Notes: generated from the letters alone by a model not told the origin. Positions 52,485 through 63,206 are shown, counted from the first letter of the stretch. The stretch: DNA of 64,000 nucleotides from an uncultured Chlamydiae bacterium (GCA_963828125.1 CAWHDP010000001.1:381413-445412), one strand, 5' to 3'. Numbers and translations: made by a program.

Positions 52485-55400
52485 ATGGCTTCTTTTTTAG
52501 GAATTTTTATGCGCTGGTTTTTCATTTTAGGTTTTGGAGTTCGTCTCTTTGCGAGTTCCTTTGATGAAGTTATGCCTTCCTCATCTGAGGAAATTTTTTC
52601 TCTGACTTCTGATCTTTTAATCGATGGATATGTTTCTGCTTCGTCTGGTCAGATTTCTATCAGCGAAATAGATCTGCAAGTAAGGGGAGCTCAAGATCTT
52701 CTTTTGAAAAGAACCTATGTGCCTCCTCAGATCCTGGGGCGTTATGAAGACAAAGATAAGTTAGATCAGCTCATGCTGGGAAAAGCCCTTCATCAGCTTG
52801 AAACGAAGAGATGGGTGGTCAATCCTCATCTCTGGGCTGGCTACAACCGAAATTCTTCCTACTTTCAAGTGCGCGATCCACAGGGATTCGTTTTAGAATT
52901 TCAGATTCAAGGGAACAAGGGTATTTTAAAAACCAATTCCTATGGGTGCAGCAACCTAAAAGGCGAGAATCCAACTAGTTCAGCCGATATTCGCAATATA
53001 GAGCTTTCGATAGATGGGGATTTAGTCAAAGTTGTTTGGCCTGATGGGATTCAACGCCAATATTTCAAATGTTATCCAGGAGTTTATCGGCTTGAAAAAG
53101 AGCTTCTCTCAAATGGGAAGATGATACGGTATGAATATAATAGTCAGGGACTTGCCAAAATTTCATCTTGTGATCCAGCTGGACAATTTGTTTATGCCTC
53201 AATAACGAGAGTCAGTGGCAATCATTATCTAGGTTCAGATGGCAGAGAAGTTGATCTCGTGTATGAAACCCGAGAGATTAAAGGCGAGTATAAAAAAGAT
53301 GGCTATAAGGAGAAGGCTAGTTTTCAATTTCCAGTAATGACTAGAAGCTCAAATCCTACCTATACAAATACAGTTGGGTACAACGAAAGGACCCTTCTCA
53401 ATTCCTATGATGCAAAAGACTATCCTGTCTCATGTACCTATTTTCAAAATAAAAATGTGTCTTCTCGTATTCAAACTTTTTCGAACCCTTCAGGCTCTTT
53501 TTCTTTTTCCTATGACCCAGTTATTGCAGGGCAAAAAAGCGGTTCTACGACTGTCACTCATCCCGATGGTGTGCAAACAGTGTATCGCTTCAACAAACTC
53601 TTTTTGCTAGCAGCTATTGAGAATTGGTTTGGAGCCAAGTTAGTCAACAAGAAAACCTTTGAATATGATCATAAGCAACACATCAAAAGCATAGAGACTT
53701 TGGATGGAAACGGAAAGCTTCTCATTGCAAAACGATTCGAGTGCGATCCTGCTGGGAATGCGACTGTAGAAAAAACAGAAGGAGATTTCGGGGTCTTTTG
53801 CATAAAGCGTAAATTCGATAAAAACCGCGTCATCCATGAAGAATATGATGATGGTTTGGAATACGAATTTACCTATTTAGGCGATACGCGGCTAGTCACC
53901 TCTAAAACGACTTTGGAATCAGGAAAAGAGCTTCGAAGGACAATCTATTCTTATGATAATGCCAACAATCTCATTCAAAAAGAGGAAGAAGGGAAGACAA
54001 GAACAACCTATACCCTTTATCAGAGCAATCCTTATTTGCATCGAGTTGAGTGGGAGGAAAAAAGCGATTGGAAGGGCGAACTTATCCATAAAATTCACTA
54101 TGGATACGATATTTGGGGGAATACGAATAGGGAAGAGCATTTTGGTTCAGATGGAAAAATCGGTTACACTATTGAGCGAACCTATAATAAAAAGGGGGAG
54201 CTCCTTAATCAAACTAACCCCATTGGAGAGCTGGCTTCCTATCAATATGACTCAAGAGGCAGATGTTTTTATGAAGAACCCGTTTCAAACGGCCTCATCA
54301 TTAGACGCACATTCGATGCTAAAGGTCGCCTTAAAGTACTCAATGAGGGCGACCATGAAACCCGATTTGACTACAATGCATCCGATGAGATGATCGAGAA
54401 AACCGATTATCTGGGTTATAAAATAACGTACCACTATGACCCTGTTCATGGGAAACCAGACCGGATTGAAGAGCCCTCTGCCATTACAGAAATTGTGTAT
54501 GACGCCTTTGGCAGAGAACAAGAGAGGACCGATCCGTATAAGGCCAAAACTCTAAAAACTTATAACAGTTACGGCGACGTTGCCAAAATCATTCATCCTG
54601 ATGGGGGAGAAGAGGTTTTTGATTATTTTCCCAATGGGCTGCTTCAATCTCATACAGATGCAGATGGGTTAGTAACCGCTTACACCTATGATGCTCTTAG
54701 CCGCACAAAAGAAAAAACTATAGGGACGTCCACTATCACCTTCCTCTATGATGGCTACGATCTCAATAAAACAATTGATGCAGCGGGTTTTGCTACTGAA
54801 TATCAATACGACCTTGCTGGCAAAAAAACTCAAGAAAAACGAGAAACCCGAGTAATTCGTTATGGCTACGATGCACTGGGTTTTTTAGCTTGGGAGGAAA
54901 AGGGAGGGCGTCGAATCGAATATACGAACGACTTTTTAGGAAGGGTGTGCGAAAAATCAATAGATGGGGTTTTGAGTACCGCATGGACTTATGATGGAGG
55001 AGGTAATGTCTCTACCATTCAACAGGGCGATAGTCTCACCAGATATACATATGACCCGTATGATCGCTTAGTAGAGAAAATCGATGCAGAAGATTATAGA
55101 ACTACAATATCGTATGAAATAGGGCCTCAGATTCTTTTAAAAAGAAGTACGGACCCGATGGGTACTGTAACACTAGAGACGTACAATCCGAAGCTACAGC
55201 TACTGAAAAAGGAAGTAGCTGGCCAGTCAGTTGAAGAATTTGAGTACGACAAGCTATTTCGTCTGAAAAAACAAGATCATATCACCTTTGATTATACGCT
55301 AAATGGCAAAAGACAATCGATTAAAGAAGCGAATCTTAGGATTACGCAATACACCTACACTCCGGGGGATCTGCTTTTGACCAAACAAAAGCCCGATGGA

Positions 55401-57092
55401 ACTGTGTTGCTTCACGAATATAATACCCAAGGACGTCTTGCAAAAGTGGGAACTCGAGAGCTTCAATACGATGCCCTGGATCGAGTGATCGGGGGAACTG
55501 AATTTTCGAGAAAACTCGACGCGTTTGGGAATGTCATTAGAGAAGAATGGTCTAACGGCTTATGGCAAGAGAGCGATTATGATGATTGGGATCGCCCTCT
55601 AATCCGAAAGCTACCGGACCAAAGCCAAATCGAATATGAGTATGAAGGACCTTTCTTGAAAAAAATCACAAGGATTTCAAGTGAAGGGAAACAGCTCTAT
55701 TCTCACGCCTATGATCAATATGATGAAAAAGGAAATCTTCGCTTGGAAAAGGGACTTTTCCTTTGTACTTATGATTATGACCGAACCGGAAGAAGAGTTT
55801 CTCAGAATAGTCCCTATTATAACGAAGCGACCGTTTACGACCCATCCGGCCATCTGATTCAACGAGGAGATCGACTCTATACTTACGACGCAACTTCCCA
55901 AATGACCTCAGAGTCTGGACGATTTAGCGCTCGATATGATGCTCATTACAACCTACAAGTCTTAAATGGTGAGTCAATTGCTGTTGATCCATTGAATCAA
56001 ATCGAAGGACTGGAATACGATCTGAATGGCAATCTACTTAAACCTGGATTTGTCTATGATGAATTTGATCAGCTGATCGAATCCACTGGAGAAAAGCATG
56101 TATACGATGCTCTGGGGAGGAGAATTCAAAGAGGTCAAACCTCCTTTATTTATATTGGGGATGAAGAAATAGGCGCTTTTGAAAATGGAGAACTCAAAGA
56201 GCTTAAAATTCCAGGCTTCTCCACTCATGTAGCCATCGAAATAGATTGCACACCGTATGCTCCGATCATAGATGTTCAGGGTGTCACCCGTCTTCTGATT
56301 GATTGGGAGACAAAAGAGATCTTCAAGGAGAATGATTGCGATGCTTTTGGAGTGGGTCTTTCTGAAGACGTTCCCTATGCTTACTCCGGGAAAAGATACG
56401 ATTCCAAAACAGGACTTGTCTACTTTGGAAAACGCTATTATGATTCTTCTTTGAGACGCTGGTTAACGCCAGATCCAGTTGGATCTTCTAATCATTCAAA
56501 TTTATATCAGTATCTTTTTAATAACCCTTATTTATACCAAGATAGCAATGGAGAGTTCGCTTTCGCAATTCCTCTTTTATTTTGGGGGGCAGAATTGGCT
56601 GTTCCAGCGATATCAGCTTGTGTGACAGCAATGATTTATGGAACAGCAGCAGGTGCTGTTGCATATGGTGGATATAAACTTGTAGAAACATTCAATGACC
56701 GTGGCCATTCGCCCATGGGAGATTATTACTCTGGAAATCTAACTTCTTCTCCGAATTCCTTAAACTGGACCATGAAGAGCGGTAGCGTAGATCCAACTTT
56801 GCCAGCAAATCCAGATGATTTATTAAAGAGACCAGGTTGGAAAGAAACTACCCATCCAGAAGCCGGAAAGAAAGGACATAGAACATTTGAAAATGGAAAA
56901 ACAGGTGAAAAATTAAGACACGATAAAGGAAAGCCTTGGGAAACAGGCCACAAAGCTCATGATCATTATCATCGGCCTAATCCGAATGCAACAGGGAGAC
57001 ATGATGAATATTTAGATGGAAAAGGAAATCCAACAAGAGATCAAAGCGATCCATCCCATATTTATTCTCCAGAGGGGATATGGTGGAACTGA
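52485..57092 (+). CDS. RHS toxin with hydrophobic N-terminus and His-rich putative nuclease tip
   Basis: YD repeats, core end NNPYLYQDSNG, tip LRHDKG...HDHYH. Confidence 0.9.
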   Translation: MASFLGIFMRWFFILGFGVRLFASSFDEVMPSSSEEIFSLTSDLLIDGYVSASSGQISISEIDLQVRGAQDLLLKRTYVPPQILGRYEDKDKLDQLMLGKALHQLETKRWVVNPHLWAGYNRNSSYFQVRDPQGFVLEFQIQGNKGILKTNSYGCSNLKGENPTSSADIRNIELSIDGDLVKVVWPDGIQRQYFKCYPGVYRLEKELLSNGKMIRYEYNSQGLAKISSCDPAGQFVYASITRVSGNHYLGSDGREVDLVYETREIKGEYKKDGYKEKASFQFPVMTRSSNPTYTNTVGYNERTLLNSYDAKDYPVSCTYFQNKNVSSRIQTFSNPSGSFSFSYDPVIAGQKSGSTTVTHPDGVQTVYRFNKLFLLAAIENWFGAKLVNKKTFEYDHKQHIKSIETLDGNGKLLIAKRFECDPAGNATVEKTEGDFGVFCIKRKFDKNRVIHEEYDDGLEYEFTYLGDTRLVTSKTTLESGKELRRTIYSYDNANNLIQKEEEGKTRTTYTLYQSNPYLHRVEWEEKSDWKGELIHKIHYGYDIWGNTNREEHFGSDGKIGYTIERTYNKKGELLNQTNPIGELASYQYDSRGRCFYEEPVSNGLIIRRTFDAKGRLKVLNEGDHETRFDYNASDEMIEKTDYLGYKITYHYDPVHGKPDRIEEPSAITEIVYDAFGREQERTDPYKAKTLKTYNSYGDVAKIIHPDGGEEVFDYFPNGLLQSHTDADGLVTAYTYDALSRTKEKTIGTSTITFLYDGYDLNKTIDAAGFATEYQYDLAGKKTQEKRETRVIRYGYDALGFLAWEEKGGRRIEYTNDFLGRVCEKSIDGVLSTAWTYDGGGNVSTIQQGDSLTRYTYDPYDRLVEKIDAEDYRTTISYEIGPQILLKRSTDPMGTVTLETYNPKLQLLKKEVAGQSVEEFEYDKLFRLKKQDHITFDYTLNGKRQSIKEANLRITQYTYTPGDLLLTKQKPDGTVLLHEYNTQGRLAKVGTRELQYDALDRVIGGTEFSRKLDAFGNVIREEWSNGLWQESDYDDWDRPLIRKLPDQSQIEYEYEGPFLKKITRISSEGKQLYSHAYDQYDEKGNLRLEKGLFLCTYDYDRTGRRVSQNSPYYNEATVYDPSGHLIQRGDRLYTYDATSQMTSESGRFSARYDAHYNLQVLNGESIAVDPLNQIEGLEYDLNGNLLKPGFVYDEFDQLIESTGEKHVYDALGRRIQRGQTSFIYIGDEEIGAFENGELKELKIPGFSTHVAIEIDCTPYAPIIDVQGVTRLLIDWETKEIFKENDCDAFGVGLSEDVPYAYSGKRYDSKTGLVYFGKRYYDSSLRRWLTPDPVGSSNHSNLYQYLFNNPYLYQDSNGEFAFAIPLLFWGAELAVPAISACVTAMIYGTAAGAVAYGGYKLVETFNDRGHSPMGDYYSGNLTSSPNSLNWTMKSGSVDPTLPANPDDLLKRPGWKETTHPEAGKKGHRTFENGKTGEKLRHDKGKPWETGHKAHDHYHRPNPNATGRHDEYLDGKGNPTRDQSDPSHIYSPEGIWWN

Positions 57093-57496
57093 TTATAATT
57101 AAAAAGTATCTTCATGAATTTCACGACGGGGCTCTCCTCAATATTGAGCATAACGGACATACATATATTTTCACTTTAGAGAGCGCAGAAATAGATCCCT
57201 TAGATATGAAAGATAAAATTATTCTTTCGCGACGAGGAACAATTAAAGGTAAATTGCATCTTGAAGATGTTCAATATGTAAAAATCAATGAATTAATGTT
57301 TCAGGATGAATTGAAAATGCAATATGATTATGGGTCTATTTTTGATTTAAATATTAAAAATGATATTGTTGAAATGCAAGTTAGTTGGAGAAATTCTCCA
57401 AAAAAACCCTATGTTAATGATTTTTCTACAATTATTCTAAAAGTCAAAAATATATGGTGGGAAAATATCCCTGATTTGCTAGACCCATTTTGGTGA
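57080..57496 (+). CDS. Putative cognate immunity protein
   Basis: Overlaps the RHS stop; paralog at 24521. Confidence 0.8.
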   Translation: MVELIIIKKYLHEFHDGALLNIEHNGHTYIFTLESAEIDPLDMKDKIILSRRGTIKGKLHLEDVQYVKINELMFQDELKMQYDYGSIFDLNIKNDIVEMQVSWRNSPKKPYVNDFSTIILKVKNIWWENIPDLLDPFW

Positions 57497-57548
57497 TATT
57501 TATTTTTGTGAGTTTAGTGTTTATAAACATAGCAATTTAAAATGGTTT

Positions 57549-58118
57549 TTGAACATGCTTTTTCTGTATATATTTTTTGTGTTTATTTTAGGCATTTTTC
57601 TTAAAAGTATCGCGTTTTTTATCGTTTCTAGAAGTAGAAAAGAAAGGAAATGGAGTGAGAAGTTTTATAATTGTATAGAGGTATGTGAGGATTCTCATAT
57701 AGATCCTGCGATCTTTTGCTCTTTCTTGACTGATTCTGGAAAAATCATGCAACTTAACTATAAAAACAAAATCAAATCGATAGAATTCAAAGAGCCTTTA
57801 GAGTCTGGTAGCATGATTAAAATAAAAATAAGAAAAAGATATGGTTTTAAGGGTGTTGTATCACATTTTAATCCGGAATCTAAGATTGTCTTTGAATATC
57901 ATGTATGGCCGAATGCGACAAGATACATCTGTGAATTAGAAATGGTGCGGATAGAAAATAAAACAAGATATATTTTGCGTATGAAAGCTAAGAATCTTTT
58001 AGTGCCTGTATTAGCCCCTCTGACTAGTAGAATCTTTCGCAGGATTAATGAAAGAATAGTGAATGGGGTATCGGAGCTGCTGCATAACTGCCTTCTTGTT
58101 TGTGAGAAAAGTCTTTAG
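57549..58118 (+). CDS. Hypothetical membrane-anchored protein
   Basis: 189-aa AT-rich ORF with an N-terminal hydrophobic segment. Confidence 0.55.
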   Translation: MNMLFLYIFFVFILGIFLKSIAFFIVSRSRKERKWSEKFYNCIEVCEDSHIDPAIFCSFLTDSGKIMQLNYKNKIKSIEFKEPLESGSMIKIKIRKRYGFKGVVSHFNPESKIVFEYHVWPNATRYICELEMVRIENKTRYILRMKAKNLLVPVLAPLTSRIFRRINERIVNGVSELLHNCLLVCEKSL

Positions 58119-58187
58119 AAAAAAGATCGAAAAAATAAGAAAACTAGTGGTGCTCGATGAGGAGGCGTTTTTCTAAGGATCAAGTAA

Positions 58188-58337
58188 CACTCACTCGCTG
58201 CTCACAGCAGTAGAGTAACCCATCCGCCGCCTTCTTTTCAACTGCCGACTGCTGGCCAGTCACGCCCAAAATAGGGCCGAATTGTGTCTCAACTGTATCG
58301 CGATTGTGTCTGAAAAAAGGGTTATTTTTCGGATATC
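58188..58337. repeat. 150-bp element-end repeat, copy 2
   Basis: Near-identical to 52293-52442; no tRNA core beside it. Confidence 0.9.
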
Positions 58338-58569
58338 CTTTCTTGAGCTGATCAAAGGGCGTTTGAGCCGAAACTCAATGAATAGAAATTGCTTTTAAGG
58401 AGAATCTTTCGCTATGATGTGGGCGTGCTTGTGGCAAGCCTGCTCGTTCGTGCAAAGATTTCATCAGCCAACAGATGATATAAACCTTATACCAAGTTTA
58501 TCGTCTAACACAGATTACGAACGCGAGATATTTGGATGATAAACCTGGTAGCACAACAAGGATTATATT

Positions 58570-59016
58570 ATGTCCCACATTGCGTATTTCAAACGCCAAG
58601 CAAAAAATCTTCACAAAGATTACAAAACCAAAACGCCTCACACCGATTTTTCAGATGGTAGCTCTTCTTGGAAGTATGCTCCCAAGTATTTTGATATAGA
58701 GAGCCTTCTATTCGACTATGAGTGCGATGAGAATGATTTTAGCCTAATGAAGGCTCAGCATGTCATTGCGCGCATGATCGGATTTTATAAATGGACGGAG
58801 TTATTGAAAGCTTCTGAACCTGAGTTAGAGCTTGCGAAGCTGTTGTTTGATAATCAAGATAAAATCCATATAGAAGATTGGCGGATGTACATCGCTGGTG
58901 TAGAGCGTGATAACAACACCGCTTTTGATCCTGAATCAAGATTAGAAATCTTCAAACATGTTTTTCTTGGCAAGGAAGGCTTCGAAAGTTCATTCCCAGA
59001 TTATCGCTTAAAATAA
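58570..59016 (+). CDS. Hypothetical protein
   Basis: 148-aa ORF with AAGGA RBS. Confidence 0.65.
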   Translation: MSHIAYFKRQAKNLHKDYKTKTPHTDFSDGSSSWKYAPKYFDIESLLFDYECDENDFSLMKAQHVIARMIGFYKWTELLKASEPELELAKLLFDNQDKIHIEDWRMYIAGVERDNNTAFDPESRLEIFKHVFLGKEGFESSFPDYRLK

Positions 59017-59131
59017 CTTGGATTTCGTAATCGAAAAATAAGGAGCTATAGCAAAAAACGAGGCCCGATCCAGGGTATGCAAATTATATCGTTTCCTCCA
59101 TAAAAACGATCAGTCGTGATGGAGGAATCAT

Positions 59132-59482
59132 ATGGATTTGGATACAATTCAAGCGTTTCGGGCCTTATGTGGAAAAGTCAGAGAGATGACTTATATTTTG
59201 GACTCATGGCTTGCTCTACAATCGAAGCAAAGCGATTCGATAGAGTCAAGGCAGTCTAAAGAAGCGAAAGCTCAACAGAATCGATTTATACCCCTAATCA
59301 AATGGCCGCATGACTGGCCAACACTCGGAGCATTGAGGCATTTAGCTAAAAACCGTCACAAAAACGGTCTAAAGGAAATATTCCTTAAGGTTGGGAAACG
59401 GGTGGTGATTGATGAAAAAGCATTCTTTCAGTGGATCAAGGAGCATTCCAAAAATAAAGCTCATTCCCTGCATCGCCAGTAG
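59132..59482 (+). CDS. Excisionase-like DNA-binding protein
   Basis: WPTLGALRHL...NGL...KVGKRVVIDEKAFFQW; RBS GGAGG. Confidence 0.65.
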   Translation: MDLDTIQAFRALCGKVREMTYILDSWLALQSKQSDSIESRQSKEAKAQQNRFIPLIKWPHDWPTLGALRHLAKNRHKNGLKEIFLKVGKRVVIDEKAFFQWIKEHSKNKAHSLHRQ

Positions 59483-59524
59483 AAATTACCTTACAAGCGA
59501 TTCTTGCCCTTGGTTGATTTCGTC

Positions 59525-61472
59525 GGCCATTTTCATAACTTCATCATTCGCCACCCCATCGGTGGTGATCAAGCCGCTTGATTTTCCGGCGCTTTTTGCA
59601 CCTGCGTCTGTGCCCGCTTGCGCGGCCTGACCGGCAAGTCGATAGTACTCAGCAGCCACTCGAACACATTTCGTTGCTTTTTTCCAAAAAATCTCTCCGC
59701 AGCTGTGCCGCCGTCCTTTCGTGAGGTAAAAAAATTGTGCAACACGGTGAGGGCTAGCAATTTGTTGGCACTCAGTTTGTGGAGTGCGTGATGTTTCAGT
59801 GATAAGACCCCGTTCCTCCCTTCGACACACGAGCTTGACCTTTGGAATAGAGCAGCGCATTGCCTGGCCTTTTTGCCCCAAACCGCTTGCTCGCGGGGAG
59901 TAAGGTTAGCCCAGGGACCATCCCTTTAGCGGACCACTAAACGCGAGATGCTTTGAATCATCACGACCTTTTGGCTTTTGTCTGTGCATCGCTTCAAAAC
60001 CATCTGGAGATACTCTATGGCGACAAGGCACTCGAACGCCTGACGGCTCTGCTCGTCTAATGCGAGTCCCTGCATGACCTGGAGTAAACATCGGGAAAAA
60101 AACGCCAGAGTTTGTACCATTGATTCAGTCGCGCCTTTGGCTTTCCCGAGCTTTTTCCTTTGGCCATCTGTACTGTCGATCCGTTCGGATACTGTCTCAA
60201 GGATCTCGTGGACCTCTACTAATTCCTTCCGCAGCTGTTCAGGAGATCGGGTGGTGCCCGTGCTGAGATCGTAAGGATGGTAGCAGGTAGTAATGGCTCT
60301 TCTGGCATCCCTCACGATCTGGTAATCTTGTTTAGCCTCCTCTCAGACTTTCCGACATTCTTGCTCATGGCTGTCTTCCTCGAGCAACTGTTTGCCGATC
60401 TTTGCAACTTGCGGAGTGGGGTTGTCGAGCGAAGAGCCCGTTGTCTGCACGACCTCTGTGAGTTTTTTGAACCTCTCTTGTTTCATTGCCGTGGAGTCGC
60501 TGAGAGCTTTTTCAGCATGCTGCACTCTTCGGGCTAGCACACTTGTTAGCCCTCTTGTGATATCTTGCTGAACGTGGAATAAATCCGATGCCTTACTCGC
60601 GCCTAAGAGCTCTTGGGCATACTTTATAATACCGCCTGCTTCATCGCCCGTAACCTGCACGATTTTTACATTCAGCCCATTGGTGGCTGCTTGCGACACT
60701 CTCATCCAGGTCGCTGCATCTCGCTTATCCTCCTGTTGCTCTGCGAGGATAAAACCAGAATCTGGTTCCATCAGAATAAGAGTCATGTTCTCCATGATGA
60801 AGTTCTCATCAACAGCACCGGTCATCTCCTTCAAAGACATGCCCTCGGCCATGCGAACGCGCTCCTGTTTGCCGAACTCAATCAATTGCTGGTTAATCTG
60901 AGCGGACACACCGTGCAATGCGCCAATGGATGATCCGACGAATGCACTGAGTTTGCTCAGTTCCAGGAACTTCTGTAGGGACGGCAGCCCACAACCACCT
61001 GTTGCGTGGAATACAAGATAGGCCCCTACCAATATGCCGTGTAAATGGGCCAGCCCTTCGGGAGACTCATAGAAGAGAACCACTTTGGGGTCTACACTGT
61101 CCTTGGGTTGATTGACCCTTCTGACCCAAGCTTGGACCGCGGGCCTTGATACGCCGTATTCCTCCGCGACTTCTCTCTGGGTTCTTTTTTTCTCAATGAC
61201 TTTCCGGGTGGCTTCCGCCTGCTTGGCCCGATCAATGACGCGATATATTCTTGTATTTTTTGGCTCGACCGAAGATGCTGTTTCCATAGCTCGTTTTTTG
61301 CAACCCTTTAGCTTCAACAACCAAAGAATTTGCTATAAACGAGCTATTTTTTGAAAGAACCCTCCATCAGGCCGCGCAAGCGGGTGCAGACGTGGGTGCA
61401 AAAAACATCGGGAAATCAAGCGGCTTGATCACCACTGATGGGGCGGCGAATGATGAAGTTATGAAAATGGCC
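59525..61472 (-). mobile_element. DUF6399-type IS copy 2, transposase inactivated
   Basis: Same ends and length as 7777-9724; nonsense codons at 60343 and 59926. Confidence 0.9.
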
Positions 61473-62299
61473 GGTTCGATAACTCCCATTCGATAACGTA
61501 ACGACTGAACCAGTCGATGATTGCAAACAGATATCCAAATCCAGCAATCAGAGGGATATACGTGATATCTCCTGCCCATGCCTGATCGGGATGATCCACG
61601 CTTACACTCCTCAGCAAATACGGGAACTTTTTGTGTTCCCGATTTGCCGTGCTCAAATTTGGCTTCGGATAAATCGCTTCTAGTCCCATCTTCTGCATCG
61701 CGCTTCGAACCCGTTTGGGTCCGACTAAAAATCCCTGGATTCTCAGCGCTATCGTCATGCGCCTTCTCCCATAGAAGGGAGTTTTAAGGTACTGCTCATC
61801 AATAGCACGCATAAGCAGGAGATCTTCTTCTGTCGGCTTGCGAGGATCATAATACACTCCCGATCGGCTGAGTCCAAGAAGCCCGCATTGTCTGACGAGC
61901 GAAAACTTCCCGTCCTGCTCAATGAGGGCTCTCCGCTGGTTCAGGTCAAAGCACCCAATTTTTTTTTAAGCCACTCGACTTCCATCTTCAGTCGGCCAAT
62001 TTGTTCAAACAGCTCAGCTTTTTCCTGAACGTCTGTATTCGATTGATTCGCCTTGCCTCGCTTGGCGAAAATTTGTGCTCCCGTTTCCAAAAATTGTTTT
62101 TTCCATTCGGTGAGTACCAAGGGGTGAGTACCTAATTCTCCCGCAATCTGGGTGGCTGTCTTTTCTCCCTTTAGAATTTCTATCACCGCCTTCAATTTAA
62201 ACTCCGGTGAGTATTGCTTCCTAGTCTTGGCCATATAGACCCTCCTTTTGATTGGAGGTACTAGCTTAAACACCTGTCCGAATTTCTGGGACCATTATA
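61473..62299 (-). mobile_element. IS3-family element, 3'-truncated
   Basis: OrfA RKQYSPEFK...EVEWLKKK; A9 run at the OrfA/OrfB overlap; OrfB PFYGRRRM, WAGDITY. Confidence 0.88.
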
Positions 62300-62839
62300 T
62301 TCTTCGCTGGTTGGAATCCGCTCGCGTCCCCTTGATTCTCGGAGCTTGCTGAAGCGGAGGAGAGGGTTTTCTTTGAGCCAGCCTCGTTGCTTAAACCCGT
62401 AGGTGAAGACGACTGATATAGCGGCCATATATCGGTTGACGGTGGCGGGATTGCGCTGGGTGCCCTTCATTGTTGTTCCTTGAGCCAATTTCTTTCGGCA
62501 ATTGTCGATGAGGTCGTATGAAATGAGATTGAGTGCATACTGGCCGATCTCGTTTCTCCACCAGAGAAGGAGACGTCTAGTATCTTTTGCGTTCTTTGGT
62601 TTGGAGGGGAGAATCTCTTCGAGATAGAGATCAATGAGTTCGGCGAGGGTGCGTTTCTTTTTGGTTTGTTCAGGAAAGTAGGTTTCTTGACGGCGGCGGG
62701 CCTCTTCTTGCTTTGCCCAGTCCCTGGCTTCTTGTAGAGTAGGAAAACTTTTGCCTCCTGGAGCGTGGCCATCTTTGGCTCGGATTTGGACTTGGTAGCT
62801 AATTCCTCTTTTGTTTTTGCGGCGCTTGATGCTTGCCAT
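62300..62839 (-). pseudogene. Tyrosine integrase N-terminal half, cut by IS3
   Basis: Paralogous to the other integrases (LPSKPKNA, ATVNRY); catalytic domain absent. Confidence 0.88.
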
Positions 62840-63026
62840 TGTTTAATCTCCACTTTTTAGGGTTAAAAAGTGAGCAACGATGGCAATCGCCGAGAGGCTA
62901 TTGTTGTGGAGTGCTGTGGGTGATAGGGCCTCACTGTGTCTGGAGTGTGTCGCGCCAGCGACAATCGCTGTTTGGGCACACTCTGATAGGACACATAAAG
63001 CTTTGTAAATCACGCCTTTAAAAGTT

Positions 63027-63070
63027 TGGGGCAACCTGGACTTGATACCTAAGGCCCGACGGGTTATGAG
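63027..63070 (-). repeat. att core: tRNA(CAU) 3' half, aberrant T-arm version
   Basis: Identical 44 nt; identity stops at the end of TTATGAG (anticodon loop). Confidence 0.85.
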
Positions 63071-63189
63071 GGAGGGAGATTTGCCTCATATCCAGCACCA
63101 TCCAGCCGCTTTCCGAGTAATCATAGAGAAATCTTCAGCAAAAAGCTACTGGATTTTATCGGATGTTGATGGAAAAGTGGGTGGCTCAC

Positions 63190-63206
63190 TGCACCGCTAG
63201 TGCACC
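63190..63206. repeat. Arm-type doublet TGCACC x2
   Basis: 11-bp period, 120 bp from the core. Confidence 0.55.

Larger units (their letters stand above)
52274..63070 (-). mobile_element. IS-damaged integrative element carrying an RHS toxin
   Basis: TGTGTC repeats at 52388/52399/52410 and 62935/62946; att cores on both sides. Confidence 0.75.

Noticed and set aside
26298..63070. CRISPR array or integron attC array
   Set aside because: The repeats are kilobases apart and tRNA-derived; no cas genes or attC-type palindromes were seen
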